Assembly: GCF_028368995.1 (NCBI RefSeq)
Contig: NZ_JAQNDL010000002.1
Span: 288,001 to 352,000 of the forward strand
Origin: Nannocystis bainbridge
Lineage (GTDB): Bacteria; Myxococcota_A; Polyangia; Nannocystales; Nannocystaceae
Direction of reading: 5' to 3'
Length of the DNA: 64,000 bases
The notes beneath the pieces were generated by a model that worked only from the letters and a program-made list of their open reading frames with translations, had not been told where the DNA came from and did no database searches. This document shows, in pieces, positions 28,970-38,590 of this stretch (positions are counted from its first letter, which is position 1; each line of letters begins with the position of its first letter). A program made the position numbers and the translations under genes.

Positions 28970-30580
28970 ATGCCCGCCCTGCTCGAGCCGATCGCCGCCG
29001 GCCAGACGCGCTTTCATCTCCAGGGTCTGGCGCCGGACGCTCGCGGGGTGGCGTGCGGGCGCGAGACGCTGGTGGCGTTCCCGTCGCTCGACCGCCTGGT
29101 GGCGTTCCTCGGCGCGTACAGCGAGGAGTGCAGCCTCGACGAGCTGATCCCGACGATGACGATCGAGCGGGCCCGCCGCGAGGGCGGCGGTCATGCGCTG
29201 CTGATGCGCTGCGCCGGCACCGACAGCTACGCGCTCGATCGCCTGGGCCGGCTGTCGCTGGCGGTCCACGGCCAGCTGTTCACCGGCAGCGGCACCGTGT
29301 TCGTCCGCTACCGCGACCGCATGGCCCCGTTCGGCTACGACCTCGCGGGCAGTACGACCACGGCCGCGAGCCCTGAAGAGGTGCTGGTGGTCGATTTCGA
29401 CGTCGCGGCGCGCTACCGCGCCCTCGATCGGCTCGACCCGGTCGAGCTGATCCAGCGCCTGTCGCTGCGCCAGATCCCGCTGCCGCTGGCCGGCATCGCC
29501 TCCGACCCGCAGCTGTGCGGGCTGCACGAGATCGCCCTGGTGCTGGTGGCACCTGGCCTTTCGGACAGGGTCCTGAGCTACCTGTGGAGCAACCAGGTGC
29601 CGCTCGCGGGGGTCCGCGTGGCCCTCGCCGGCGAGCGCCGGGCCAGCCTGCTGGTGCGGCTGCGCCAGCCGAGCGGGCAGGTGCTCGACGTGCTGCACGG
29701 GATCCCGGGGGTCGAGCTGCTGGCGCCGGTGTCGCAGCGGGCGGCGGTCGAGATCGGGTACCGCCACCCGATCCACCTGGCGTCGGCGTCTTCGTGCCTG
29801 CCGGGCGACGAGATGTACCTGTTCCGCGGGCGCGTCGGCCGGGTCGAGCGGCTCGACGGGGCGCCGCAATTCATCGACGGGGCCCACCTGGTGCGCAGCG
29901 AGACGGCGGCGCGGGTCCACGAGCCGGGCGACGCCCGCGGGACCGCGGTGCAGGCCCTCAAGGTCGAGCTGCGGCTGCGGCCGACGGCGTCGATCCGCGA
30001 GCCGCGGGGGGCGCTGATCCGCTGGGAGCAGGCGGGCCTGCTGCGGCGCCTCATCTACCTGATCCCGCCGATGGCGCTGGCGGCGGCCCGGCTGGCGGTG
30101 CTGCCTCAAGGGATGCTGGTGCTGACCGGGTCGTCGCTCGGCGGCGCGGCCGGGCTGGCGGCAGGGGTCGGGGCGGCGGCGATCATCCCGCTGGGGATGC
30201 GCATCGTCGAGGTCGCGCCGGGGGTGCTGGTGCCCGACGGGTTCGAGCTGTGGCCGCACGTGCGCCCGCAGCTGGTGCGCGAGCTGCTGGGGCTCGAGGC
30301 GGCCGACCACGCGCTGTTCCTCGGCACCGAACAGAGCCCGCTGCGCCTGCGGCCCGATCACCTGGCGCCGCTCGACGCGGCGATGATGAGCCGGCTCGAG
30401 CTGGCGGTGATCGAGGCGAGCCCGTCGGAGACGCCGACTTCGGGCCCGGCGACGCTGCAGAACGAGCGGCTCGGGCGCTTCGCGCTGTGGGGCTTCGGCG
30501 AGGCGGGCCGCGGCGGGCGAGCCGTCGCGGTCGAGGAGCCGAGCGAGACGCCGGAGCTGCCGCCGGGGCGAGAGTCGTGA
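28970..30580 (+). CDS. Hypothetical protein, first gene of the MoxR-vWA operon
   Basis: Long GC3-rich ORF with a GTGA overlap into the next gene; no recognisable catalytic motif. Confidence 0.75.
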   Translation: MPALLEPIAAGQTRFHLQGLAPDARGVACGRETLVAFPSLDRLVAFLGAYSEECSLDELIPTMTIERARREGGGHALLMRCAGTDSYALDRLGRLSLAVHGQLFTGSGTVFVRYRDRMAPFGYDLAGSTTTAASPEEVLVVDFDVAARYRALDRLDPVELIQRLSLRQIPLPLAGIASDPQLCGLHEIALVLVAPGLSDRVLSYLWSNQVPLAGVRVALAGERRASLLVRLRQPSGQVLDVLHGIPGVELLAPVSQRAAVEIGYRHPIHLASASSCLPGDEMYLFRGRVGRVERLDGAPQFIDGAHLVRSETAARVHEPGDARGTAVQALKVELRLRPTASIREPRGALIRWEQAGLLRRLIYLIPPMALAAARLAVLPQGMLVLTGSSLGGAAGLAAGVGAAAIIPLGMRIVEVAPGVLVPDGFELWPHVRPQLVRELLGLEAADHALFLGTEQSPLRLRPDHLAPLDAAMMSRLELAVIEASPSETPTSGPATLQNERLGRFALWGFGEAGRGGRAVAVEEPSETPELPPGRES

Positions 30581-31779
30581 CCCGGGACCTCGGCGAGTTC
30601 TGTGCCCGCTTCGTGGCGCCGCTGCTCGGCGGCGGGACGGTGCACGTGGCCGCGCCGGTGCGGCCGGCCGACTTCCGGGCGATGACCGGCGGGCTGGCGA
30701 CGCTGCGCAGCGGCGAGGTCGCGGCGCTCCGGCTGCAGCGCGCGCAGCAGCTGGTGGCCGAGCCCGACCTGCAGGAGCCCGGGGCCGAGGAGCTGGCGCT
30801 GTGGGTGGCGCTCTACAACCTGCTCGTGCTCGACCACCCCGACCGCAGCCGCGTGTGGGCGCGCCAGGCGACGTGGCGCCGGGTCGAGTCGGCCGCCCGC
30901 TACTGGCTGCTGTTCAGCCGGCCCGAGGGCTTCTCGGCGGCGCTGGCCAACCACGCGGCGGTGGGGGCCTTCTTGGAGCTGGCGCGCCGCGATCAGATCC
31001 TGAGCGGGGCCGAGGGCGAGCTGCGCTTCGTCGGTCAGGAGATCCCGCGTCGGCGCCTGCGCTGGACGGTCCCCGGCGCGCTGTCGGTGCGCGAGGAGAC
31101 GGTGACCTGGTGGTCGACCGCGCACGTGGCCGAGGTGTCGGCGCTGCAACAAGATGTCCTTTGGGCCAGCCCCGTGACGTGCCTGCTGCGGCCGCTCATG
31201 GCCCCGCCCGGCTACAGCCCGCTCGAAGGCGCGAGCTTCCTGCGCCACCGCGCGTTCGCCCGCGCGGTCTGCCACGCGTGGGCGTCGTCGCGGCACTGGA
31301 TCGAGATCGGCGGGACCGTGCTCGGCTCGCTGCTGTTCTCGCTGACCGGCCGCCCGCTGTCGGGGCCGACGCCGAGCTCGGGGGCCACGGGCGCGGCGTC
31401 CGCGGGCCGGCCGATGCTGGCCCTGCCGGCGCCCGTCGACACCGCCGGGCCCGAGGACGTCGCGGCCCTGGTCGCCGCCCTCATCCACGTCCATTTCCTC
31501 CGCGTGCTCGAGCTGGGCGCCCGGCTCGGCGTCGCGCCCACCAGCCGCGACCGCCCGGTGCAGATGTTCCTGGCCCTGCCGCTGCTGCTGCCCGCGCTGG
31601 GCGAGGTCCTCGGCTCTCCGCTCGGCGGCGCGGCCGAAGGCCTCGGCTTCGACGCGCAAGTGGAGCGGCGCTGGATCGAGTATATCGATCATCTCGGCGA
31701 GCTCATCCCGCGCTCGGTCGTCGAAAATCTCCTGGCGACGCTCGTCCCGCGCGTCGTAAAAGCCGAAACAGAGCCATGA
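30577..31779 (+). CDS. Hypothetical helical protein, second gene of the MoxR-vWA operon
   Basis: GTG start at 30577 overlaps the previous stop; ATGA overlap with the MoxR gene. Confidence 0.75.
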   Translation: MTRDLGEFCARFVAPLLGGGTVHVAAPVRPADFRAMTGGLATLRSGEVAALRLQRAQQLVAEPDLQEPGAEELALWVALYNLLVLDHPDRSRVWARQATWRRVESAARYWLLFSRPEGFSAALANHAAVGAFLELARRDQILSGAEGELRFVGQEIPRRRLRWTVPGALSVREETVTWWSTAHVAEVSALQQDVLWASPVTCLLRPLMAPPGYSPLEGASFLRHRAFARAVCHAWASSRHWIEIGGTVLGSLLFSLTGRPLSGPTPSSGATGAASAGRPMLALPAPVDTAGPEDVAALVAALIHVHFLRVLELGARLGVAPTSRDRPVQMFLALPLLLPALGEVLGSPLGGAAEGLGFDAQVERRWIEYIDHLGELIPRSVVENLLATLVPRVVKAETEP

Positions 31780-32963
31780 GCACCACCCCGGCCCCTCCCT
31801 CGATCAGCGACCTCGCCCGCCGCCTGCAGGACGGGGCGCGCCAGCTCGAGCAGCAGTTCCTCGGCAAGGAGGAGATCATCCGTCTCCTCTTCATCTCGGC
31901 CCTGGCCGGCGAACACATGGTGATGGTCGGGCCGCCCGGCACCGCCAAGAGCGCGATCGTCCGCGCGTTCGCGCAGGTGATCGACGCCCGCTTCTTCGAC
32001 TACCTGCTGACCCGCTTCACCGAGCCCAACGAGATCTTCGGCCCGGTCGACATCCAGGCGTTCCGCCAGGGCACGTACCGCCGGCGCATCGAGAACATGC
32101 TGCCCGAGGCCGAGGTCGTGTTCCTCGACGAGATCTTCAAGGCCAACAGCGCGATCCTCAACAGCCTGCTCACGCTGGTCAACGCGCGCCGCTTCACCCA
32201 CGGCACCAGCACGGTGCGGGTGCCGCTCATCTCGCTGTTCGCGGCCAGCAACGAGGTCCCGACCGACGAGGCGCTGTCGGCGATCTTCGACCGCTTCCTG
32301 CTGCGCGTGCGCTGCGACTACCTCGACAGCTATCACTTCCGCGGCCTGCTGCAGAAGGGCATCCAGCTCGAGGTGCAGCAGATGGCCGACGTGCAGGTCG
32401 GGCGCAAGGTGGCGACCGCGGCCGAGCTGCTGTCGATCCAGCGCGACTTCAGCCAGCACGTGAAGATGAGCGAGGAGTTCCTCACCACCTTCAAGGGCAT
32501 GGTGTTCCAGATCCGCTCGGAGGGCATCGGCCTGTCCGACCGCCGCGTGGTCAAGCTGCTCAAGGTGTTCGCCAGCTCGGCGCTGTTCGACGGCCGCGAC
32601 CACGTCACCGACGCCGACCTGTTCATCCTCCGCCACGTGTGGAACACGCCGGAGCAGGAGGAGATTCTCCAGGAGATCGTCGGCCCGGTGCTCGACCGCT
32701 GGTACGAGTCGCACCCGGACCACGGCCGGATCGGCGCCACGCCGACCAGCCTGCAAGACCTGCTCGAGGAGCTGCGGGTCATCCGCGAGACGCTCACCGG
32801 CAGCCAGGTGCTGTCGGACATGCAGCTGTTCAGCCAGCTGCGCAACCTCGGCGACATCAAGGCGGCGCTGCTGCGCATGCAGGACAGCCCGACGGCCCAG
32901 CGCATGGTCGGCGAGGTCGACAAGCTGCTCGAGACGATGTTCGCGTCGAGCCGGTTCGCCTGA
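31776..32963 (+). CDS. MoxR-family AAA+ ATPase (RavA-type)
   Basis: GPPGTAKS, YLLTRFTEPNEIFGP, FLDEIFKANSAILNSLL, ASNE, FDRFLLR and SDRR. Confidence 0.93.
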   Translation: MSTTPAPPSISDLARRLQDGARQLEQQFLGKEEIIRLLFISALAGEHMVMVGPPGTAKSAIVRAFAQVIDARFFDYLLTRFTEPNEIFGPVDIQAFRQGTYRRRIENMLPEAEVVFLDEIFKANSAILNSLLTLVNARRFTHGTSTVRVPLISLFAASNEVPTDEALSAIFDRFLLRVRCDYLDSYHFRGLLQKGIQLEVQQMADVQVGRKVATAAELLSIQRDFSQHVKMSEEFLTTFKGMVFQIRSEGIGLSDRRVVKLLKVFASSALFDGRDHVTDADLFILRHVWNTPEQEEILQEIVGPVLDRWYESHPDHGRIGATPTSLQDLLEELRVIRETLTGSQVLSDMQLFSQLRNLGDIKAALLRMQDSPTAQRMVGEVDKLLETMFASSRFA

Positions 32964-32973
32964 GCGAGTGCCC

Positions 32974-34578
32974 ATGGCCGACGTCCGCAAGCCCCCGGTC
33001 CCGCCGCGCGCGTCGCCGCCTCAGCCGGCGCCGCCGCGGACGTCGCGGTCCTCGGCGGGCGCGCCGGCCCAGGCGCCGCGGGTGGCCCCGAACGTGGCCG
33101 AGCTCGAGCGCCAGGTCGGCAGCCTGGCGCTGTCGCAGATCGATGGCGCCGGGGCGCTGGCGATGATGCGGGCGCTGGTGTGGCAGGGCATCCTGGCGCG
33201 CCTCGGCGTGGCGGCGCCGCTGGTGGTGCTGCACGACCTGGGGTGCCTGATCACGGGCCTGGGCGGCCCGGGGCCGGTGGTCAAGGGCATCGCCGAGTCG
33301 GAGCTGTGCGAGGCCTGGCGCGGGCTGTTGGTCGAGCTCAGCGAGAGCGACCTGGTGCGCGCGCAGGCCGGCTGGAAGCACCGCGACCAGATGATCGGCG
33401 TGGTCCTGGCGCGGGTGTTCGCGCCGGTGGTCCCGCAGCTGCCCGACGACGTGCGGGTGCTGCGGCCGATCGAGCTGCCGGTCGACGCGGTCCACTACGC
33501 CAAGGTCGAGCCGAGCTCGGCGTACACCCGCTACGACCAGCGGCAGACGATCGCGTGGCTGCAGACGCTGACGACGCACCGGCTGTTGCCGCTGCTGGCG
33601 GTCGAGCAGATCGACGTCGACGCGCTGCGGCTGTTCGGGCTGTTCCGCGGCGGGCCCGGCGAGGCGGCCGCGGGCGTCGACCTGGCCGACCTCTACAACG
33701 TGATGGTCAGCCCGGCGCTGGCCGACGTGATCGACTTCTCGATGGAGCTCTTGCCGTCGATCCTCGAGGTCAAGCGCGAGGCCGGGCAGCAGGCGTTCTC
33801 GATCGACGGCTACGCGTCGATCGAGCGCTTCGGCGGGGTCGACGACCTCGAGCTGTCGCAGCTGGCGTACGACGAGGACATCTTCGAGCAGAAGTTCATC
33901 GACGACGAGCTGTTCTACTTCACCCACGAGAAGCAGGTGGAGACCGAGCACCGCACCCACTACGTGCTGGTCGACGGCTCGGCGTCGATGCGCGGGGTGC
34001 GGGAGGTGTTCGCCCGCGGGCTGGCGCTGGCGCTGTGCAAGCGGCTGGCGCTGCTCGGCGAGCACGTGATCCTGCGGTTCTTCGACAGCCGCCTGTACGA
34101 GGGCGTCAAGGTCGGCGCGCAGGGCCACGCCGAGGTGCCGTACGTGCTGCAGTTCCGCGCCGAGCACGGCCGCAACTACGCCCGCGTGATCCGCCAGATC
34201 AACGCCGAGCTGTCGGCCCCGCGCCGCTCGGGCGGCGGCGGCGGCGGCAAGGCGCTGGTCTACCTGCTGACGCACGGCGAGTGCCAGCTGCCGCCCGACG
34301 ACGTGGCCGCCCTGGCCGCGCGCGCGCCGATCTACGGGGTGTTCATCCTCCCGAGCTCGGGCGTGCTCGACCTCGGCTACCTCGACCTGTTCTACCGCGT
34401 GCACGTGATCGACGACCAGGCGATCAGCCACGGCCGCCGGGCCCAGCGCGCCCGCCAGATCATCAGCGACGTCGAGGCCGGCCAGCGCCAGGCCCAGCCG
34501 GTGCGCCGCAACACGGGTGGCGCAAAGACCATGTCCGTGGGGACAGGTCCGAAGGGACAGGGGCGGAGGCGGCGGTGA
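32974..34578 (+). CDS. vWA-domain partner of MoxR (ViaA/CoxE-like)
   Basis: MIDAS-like LVDGSASM, LRFFDS and YLLTHG; upstream DGYASIERFG...SQLA segment. Confidence 0.85.
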   Translation: MADVRKPPVPPRASPPQPAPPRTSRSSAGAPAQAPRVAPNVAELERQVGSLALSQIDGAGALAMMRALVWQGILARLGVAAPLVVLHDLGCLITGLGGPGPVVKGIAESELCEAWRGLLVELSESDLVRAQAGWKHRDQMIGVVLARVFAPVVPQLPDDVRVLRPIELPVDAVHYAKVEPSSAYTRYDQRQTIAWLQTLTTHRLLPLLAVEQIDVDALRLFGLFRGGPGEAAAGVDLADLYNVMVSPALADVIDFSMELLPSILEVKREAGQQAFSIDGYASIERFGGVDDLELSQLAYDEDIFEQKFIDDELFYFTHEKQVETEHRTHYVLVDGSASMRGVREVFARGLALALCKRLALLGEHVILRFFDSRLYEGVKVGAQGHAEVPYVLQFRAEHGRNYARVIRQINAELSAPRRSGGGGGGKALVYLLTHGECQLPPDDVAALAARAPIYGVFILPSSGVLDLGYLDLFYRVHVIDDQAISHGRRAQRARQIISDVEAGQRQAQPVRRNTGGAKTMSVGTGPKGQGRRRR

Positions 34579-36407
34579 TCGACACCAACGTGCTGTGGAT
34601 CCGCGCCGAGGGGGCGCTGCGGGCCGGGCGTCACGCCGACGCCCAGATCTACCTGCGCCAGCTGGTCCAGGTCGTCGACCGCATCGACTTCGAGTACGAG
34701 GAGTGGCTGCGGGCCTACGTCGACTCGCTGCGGGCCACCGGCAACTGGGGCGAGGGCATGGCCTGCCTGTCGTACCTCGGCGCGCGCGAGATGCCGGGGC
34801 CCGACATCATGCGGCTGTACGCGCAGCGGGCCCAGGCCGGCGACGCCGACGCGATCCGCACGGTGCGGCTGTACGCGATCTATCTGTCGCGCGCCGGTCA
34901 GCACCGGCCGGCGGCCTCGTGGTTCGAGCTCGGCGGGATGCCGGTGCACCGCGCGATCGCCCTCGAGCGCGCCGGCGACGACGCGGCGGCCTCGCAGCTG
35001 TGGGCCCGCATGCTGGCCGGCGACGCGCTGGTCGACCGCGACTACGAGCGCGCGCTGATGAAGATCAACTACGCGCTGTGCCTGCGCCGCCTCGGCCACG
35101 AGCGGGCCCGCCAGGCCATCGCCGACGCGACCACCAGCGTCGAGGAGGTCGCCGACGCGTTCGAGAGCGAGGGCCTGCGCGAGCGCGCGTTCGACTGCTA
35201 CCAGCTGATCGCGCGCCTCGGCTCGGAGACGCGGGCGTTCGAGAACGTCGCCGAGGGCTACCTCAACAGCGTCCGGATCCTCCGCGACGACGGGCTCAAG
35301 CTCGACGCGCTGCGCCTCTACGAGACGTTCATCGCCATGGCCCGCGAGGCCGGCGAGTTCCACGCGGTGGCGTCGATCCTGCGCGAGGCCGCCGACTACT
35401 GCACGCGCTCGGGGCTGCCGTACGCCGACGACCTGCGCTGGCGCAGCGCCGAGGCGTGGATCAAGGCGGCGACCGAGGCGCTGGCCGCCGGGCACCCGCC
35501 GCAGATCATCGAGAACGCGTGCCTGGCCGCGGCCGAGGCGTTCGCGTCGGTGCGGGCGTTCCGTCAGGTCGCCGAGGCCTACCGCAAGGTCACGACGCTC
35601 GACCTGCCGGCCAAGAACCGCGAGCGAGCGCTGCGCCTGATCCGTCGCCTCGGCGACCAGCCCCAGGACGCGCCGCGGCCGATGCCGGTGCCCGAGTTCC
35701 TGCGCCAGCTGCCCGACTACGAGGAGGTCTGGTACGTCGACCTGGCCGAGTGGGAGCTCGGCGGCGACCCGGCGCTGGTGGCCGCGGGCGTGATGGCCGA
35801 CCGCCGCTTCCCCGACTACGTGCGCCGCCACGCGCTGCTGCTGGTGCTCGAGCTCGAGCGCCGCGGGCAGGCGGTGCCGCCGCTCGAGATCGTCAAGAGC
35901 CTGGCGGTGGTCCGCGCCTATCCGGTGATCGCCGGGCTCGAGGCGATGTACCGCCAGGGCGACGCGTCGCTGCGCGAGTCGGTGGCGGCGGCGATGGGGG
36001 CGCTCCGGTTCAAGCGCAGCTTCGGCCTGGTGTCGCAGGCGCTGCGCGACCCGAGCGCGCCGGTCCGCAAGGCGGCGGCGGCGTCGGTCGAGCGGCTGGT
36101 GTTCCCGCACGCGTTCGAGCCGCTGCGCCGGATCTTCGAGGCCCGCGACCTGCCCGACCCCGAGGCCGCTCGCAAGGCCGCGCTGGCCGCGATCGGCAAG
36201 ATCGGCAGCGTCGAGGCCCTGGACTTCCTGTGCGACCGCCTCCGCGAGGGCGAGCAGCCGTTCGTCAAGGTCGCCAGCACCGCCATCAGCGAGCTGCCCA
36301 ACTCGGAGCTGCTGCCGTACCTGCGGCGCCAGATCGAGTTCGTGCCGGCCGAGCACCGGGCTGTCCTCGAGGACACGGCGCAGCGGCTCGAGCACCGGCT
36401 GCGCTGA
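34575..36407 (+). CDS. TPR/SNAP-like plus HEAT-repeat protein
   Basis: All-helical, with LRDPSAPVRKAAA and ARKAALAAIGKIGS repeats; GTGA overlap with the vWA gene. Confidence 0.8.
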   Translation: MIDTNVLWIRAEGALRAGRHADAQIYLRQLVQVVDRIDFEYEEWLRAYVDSLRATGNWGEGMACLSYLGAREMPGPDIMRLYAQRAQAGDADAIRTVRLYAIYLSRAGQHRPAASWFELGGMPVHRAIALERAGDDAAASQLWARMLAGDALVDRDYERALMKINYALCLRRLGHERARQAIADATTSVEEVADAFESEGLRERAFDCYQLIARLGSETRAFENVAEGYLNSVRILRDDGLKLDALRLYETFIAMAREAGEFHAVASILREAADYCTRSGLPYADDLRWRSAEAWIKAATEALAAGHPPQIIENACLAAAEAFASVRAFRQVAEAYRKVTTLDLPAKNRERALRLIRRLGDQPQDAPRPMPVPEFLRQLPDYEEVWYVDLAEWELGGDPALVAAGVMADRRFPDYVRRHALLLVLELERRGQAVPPLEIVKSLAVVRAYPVIAGLEAMYRQGDASLRESVAAAMGALRFKRSFGLVSQALRDPSAPVRKAAAASVERLVFPHAFEPLRRIFEARDLPDPEAARKAALAAIGKIGSVEALDFLCDRLREGEQPFVKVASTAISELPNSELLPYLRRQIEFVPAEHRAVLEDTAQRLEHRLR

Positions 36408-36463
36408 GGCTCGCGCGCGCTGCCCGTTCGCGCCGCGCGTGGTAGCTTCGCGGGCGGCGCAGC

Positions 36464-36838
36464 ATGCACGACACGGTCCACTGCCACGGCCTCCAGCTGA
36501 CTGTCGGGATCGGCTTCCACACGGCCGAGCTCGACATCACCCAGACCGTGAGCGTCGACCTGGCGATCGCGTGCGACTTCGGCCGCGGCCCGGCGCGCGA
36601 CGAGTTCACCGGCCTCGTCGACTACTTCGAGCTCGTGCAGCAGCTCGAGCGCCACGTGGCCGGCCGGCGCTACGCGCTGATCGAGGCGCTCGCCGTCGAC
36701 CTCGCGCGCGAGGTGGTGCGTTTGTACCCGCCCGTGCAGGTGCGCGTGAAGGTGACGAAGCGGCCGCTGGCGATGCCGCAGGTCGCGGCGGTCGCGGTCG
36801 AGTGCGTGCGCTCGGCGGCCGATTTCGCCGGCGAGTGA
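36464..36838 (+). CDS. folB: Dihydroneopterin aldolase
   Basis: IG...E....Q.V.VDL, VDY, LIEALA and VKVTK. Confidence 0.85.
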   Translation: MHDTVHCHGLQLTVGIGFHTAELDITQTVSVDLAIACDFGRGPARDEFTGLVDYFELVQQLERHVAGRRYALIEALAVDLAREVVRLYPPVQVRVKVTKRPLAMPQVAAVAVECVRSAADFAGE

Positions 36839-36941
36839 CGGCGCGGCCCGCCCCGCGCGGCTGTGCGCCGCAGCGAGCGGCGACGCGCGCCGCTTCGAGG
36901 TCGCGCTGGACCGCGAGGGCGTTCGGCGGTACGACGGCCGC

Positions 36942-37484
36942 ATGCCCGTCTGGTTGACGCTCATTTGGTTGCTCTTCGCCGCCGGAGGAGTCTGGTTCTT
37001 CTTGAACCTGCACTACCAGCGGACGACCGCGATCGACGCGTGGGACCGGTCGCCCGCGGGCAAGCTCCACCGCGAGGCGCTGGCGTCGTGGCTGCTCTGC
37101 AAGGCGCGCGTCGAGGAGGCCGTGCCGACCGGAGAGCCGCCGGTGATCCGGGCGGCGACGGAGAGCAAGCGGATGACGTCCGGGCGGCTGATCCACGTGT
37201 ACGTCCGCGAGGAGCGGCGACCGATGCGGATCCGGGCCCGCTTGCTGCCGATCGGCGGCGGTGAGGTCGAGGCCGAGGCGTTCGTCCCGATCATCACCGA
37301 GGAGCTGGCCGAGCTGACGCCCGGAAAGATCCTCAGCGTGCTCTACGACCCGAAGGACCCCAGCCGGTTCTGGATCGACACGGCGCGGCGCGACGAGACG
37401 CTGATCGACGCGGTCACGATGCGCACGCGCGCGGCAGAGGAAAACCTCCGCGCGGCCCAGGCGTTCTCGTCGGGCCAGGGCTGA
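36942..37484 (+). CDS. Hypothetical membrane-anchored protein
   Basis: N-terminal TM helix; DUF3592-like tail PGKILSVLYDPKDP. Confidence 0.7.
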   Translation: MPVWLTLIWLLFAAGGVWFFLNLHYQRTTAIDAWDRSPAGKLHREALASWLLCKARVEEAVPTGEPPVIRAATESKRMTSGRLIHVYVREERRPMRIRARLLPIGGGEVEAEAFVPIITEELAELTPGKILSVLYDPKDPSRFWIDTARRDETLIDAVTMRTRAAEENLRAAQAFSSGQG

Positions 37485-37887
37485 CGGACCTGCGCGAGCC
37501 GGAGAGTGGCTGCTCGAGAGGACATGTCCTGATAGACATGTCCTCTGGGGCATGTACGAGGCCTGGCGGGCGCCTCGCCCGGGTCGTGCGCGCCGCGACG
37601 CGCGGGGGTAAATCCGAGGTCGGCCGGCAGCAGCGCGGCGGCAGCCGAGCACGTCGCGGCCGCACGCACGGCCTGCGGACGGCGGAGGCGAGCGCAGGGC
37701 CGAGGCGCGGGCGGCCGCGCAGGTGGCCGCGATCACGGCGCGCCGCCGCCCAGGGGCGCGGCCCGCTTTTCCAGAAATCACGCGCAGATGGCCGTTTGGC
37801 GGGACCCGGCCGACGAACGCGGTTCGTGTGACATCAACGGAAATTGAGGTGCCGGTCGTCCGACCGCCGCCATCTTGGTGATCGATC

Positions 37888-38460
37888 ATGCGTCCCAACG
37901 TCGTCCTGTACCTCGCCGTGGCGCTCGCGGCGTCCTGTGGTGAAAAGGAGAAACAAGGCGTGGCCGCCACCGACGGCGACGCCGGGCCAGGGCCGATGGT
38001 GCCGATCGTGGACCCGACCGGCACGACCGTCGCTTCGACCACGACCGAGGCGGAGACCACGACGACCACGAGCACGACCACGACCGGCGATACGAGCACG
38101 ACCACCACGACGGGCGAGACGACCGGCCCGCCGCCAGCCGAGACCGAGGGCCAGCCGTGCATGTTCAACGCCAACTGCCCGGCGACGGCGCAGTTCTGCG
38201 TGTTCGGCGAGTGCCACGACGGCAGCGAGGGCGACCCGTGCGAGTTCCACGGCGAGTGCAGCGCCGCGGCGCCGCGCTGCATCATGGGCGTGTGCTACGA
38301 CGGCAGCGAGGGCGACGCGTGCAAGACGGACACCGATTGCTCCGAGAGCGCGACGCACTGCGTGTACGGGGCCTGCTACGACGGCAGCGAGTTCGACCCG
38401 TGCGAGTTCACCAAGGACTGCATGGACCTCTCGAGCTGCGAGAACAACCAGTGCGTGTGA
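37888..38460 (+). CDS. Cys-rich repeat lipoprotein with Thr-rich linker
   Basis: Lipobox LAASC; three C-x2-G-x-C-(H/Y)DGSE-x-D-x-C repeats of about 26 aa. Confidence 0.8.
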   Translation: MRPNVVLYLAVALAASCGEKEKQGVAATDGDAGPGPMVPIVDPTGTTVASTTTEAETTTTTSTTTTGDTSTTTTTGETTGPPPAETEGQPCMFNANCPATAQFCVFGECHDGSEGDPCEFHGECSAAAPRCIMGVCYDGSEGDACKTDTDCSESATHCVYGACYDGSEFDPCEFTKDCMDLSSCENNQCV

Positions 38461-38590
38461 CGGCGGTCAAGCTGTCCTGAAGGACAGATCGGAGAGCGGG
38501 GCCAGGGCGCAATGATAGGACATGACCTTCGGGTCATGTCCCATCAATTCCGGGATTGTGTCCGGACGCGCCCGGCGAGGGCGGCGCTGT

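Noticed and set aside
25964-30361. Very long ORFs in the track (1465, 1121, 1075, 996, 952 aa and others)
   Set aside because: These are Arg/Pro/Gly-rich shadow frames of high-GC DNA. Only the 3' portions of some (e.g. kinase, C45, TPR/HEAT, Zn-ribbon) are real genes.
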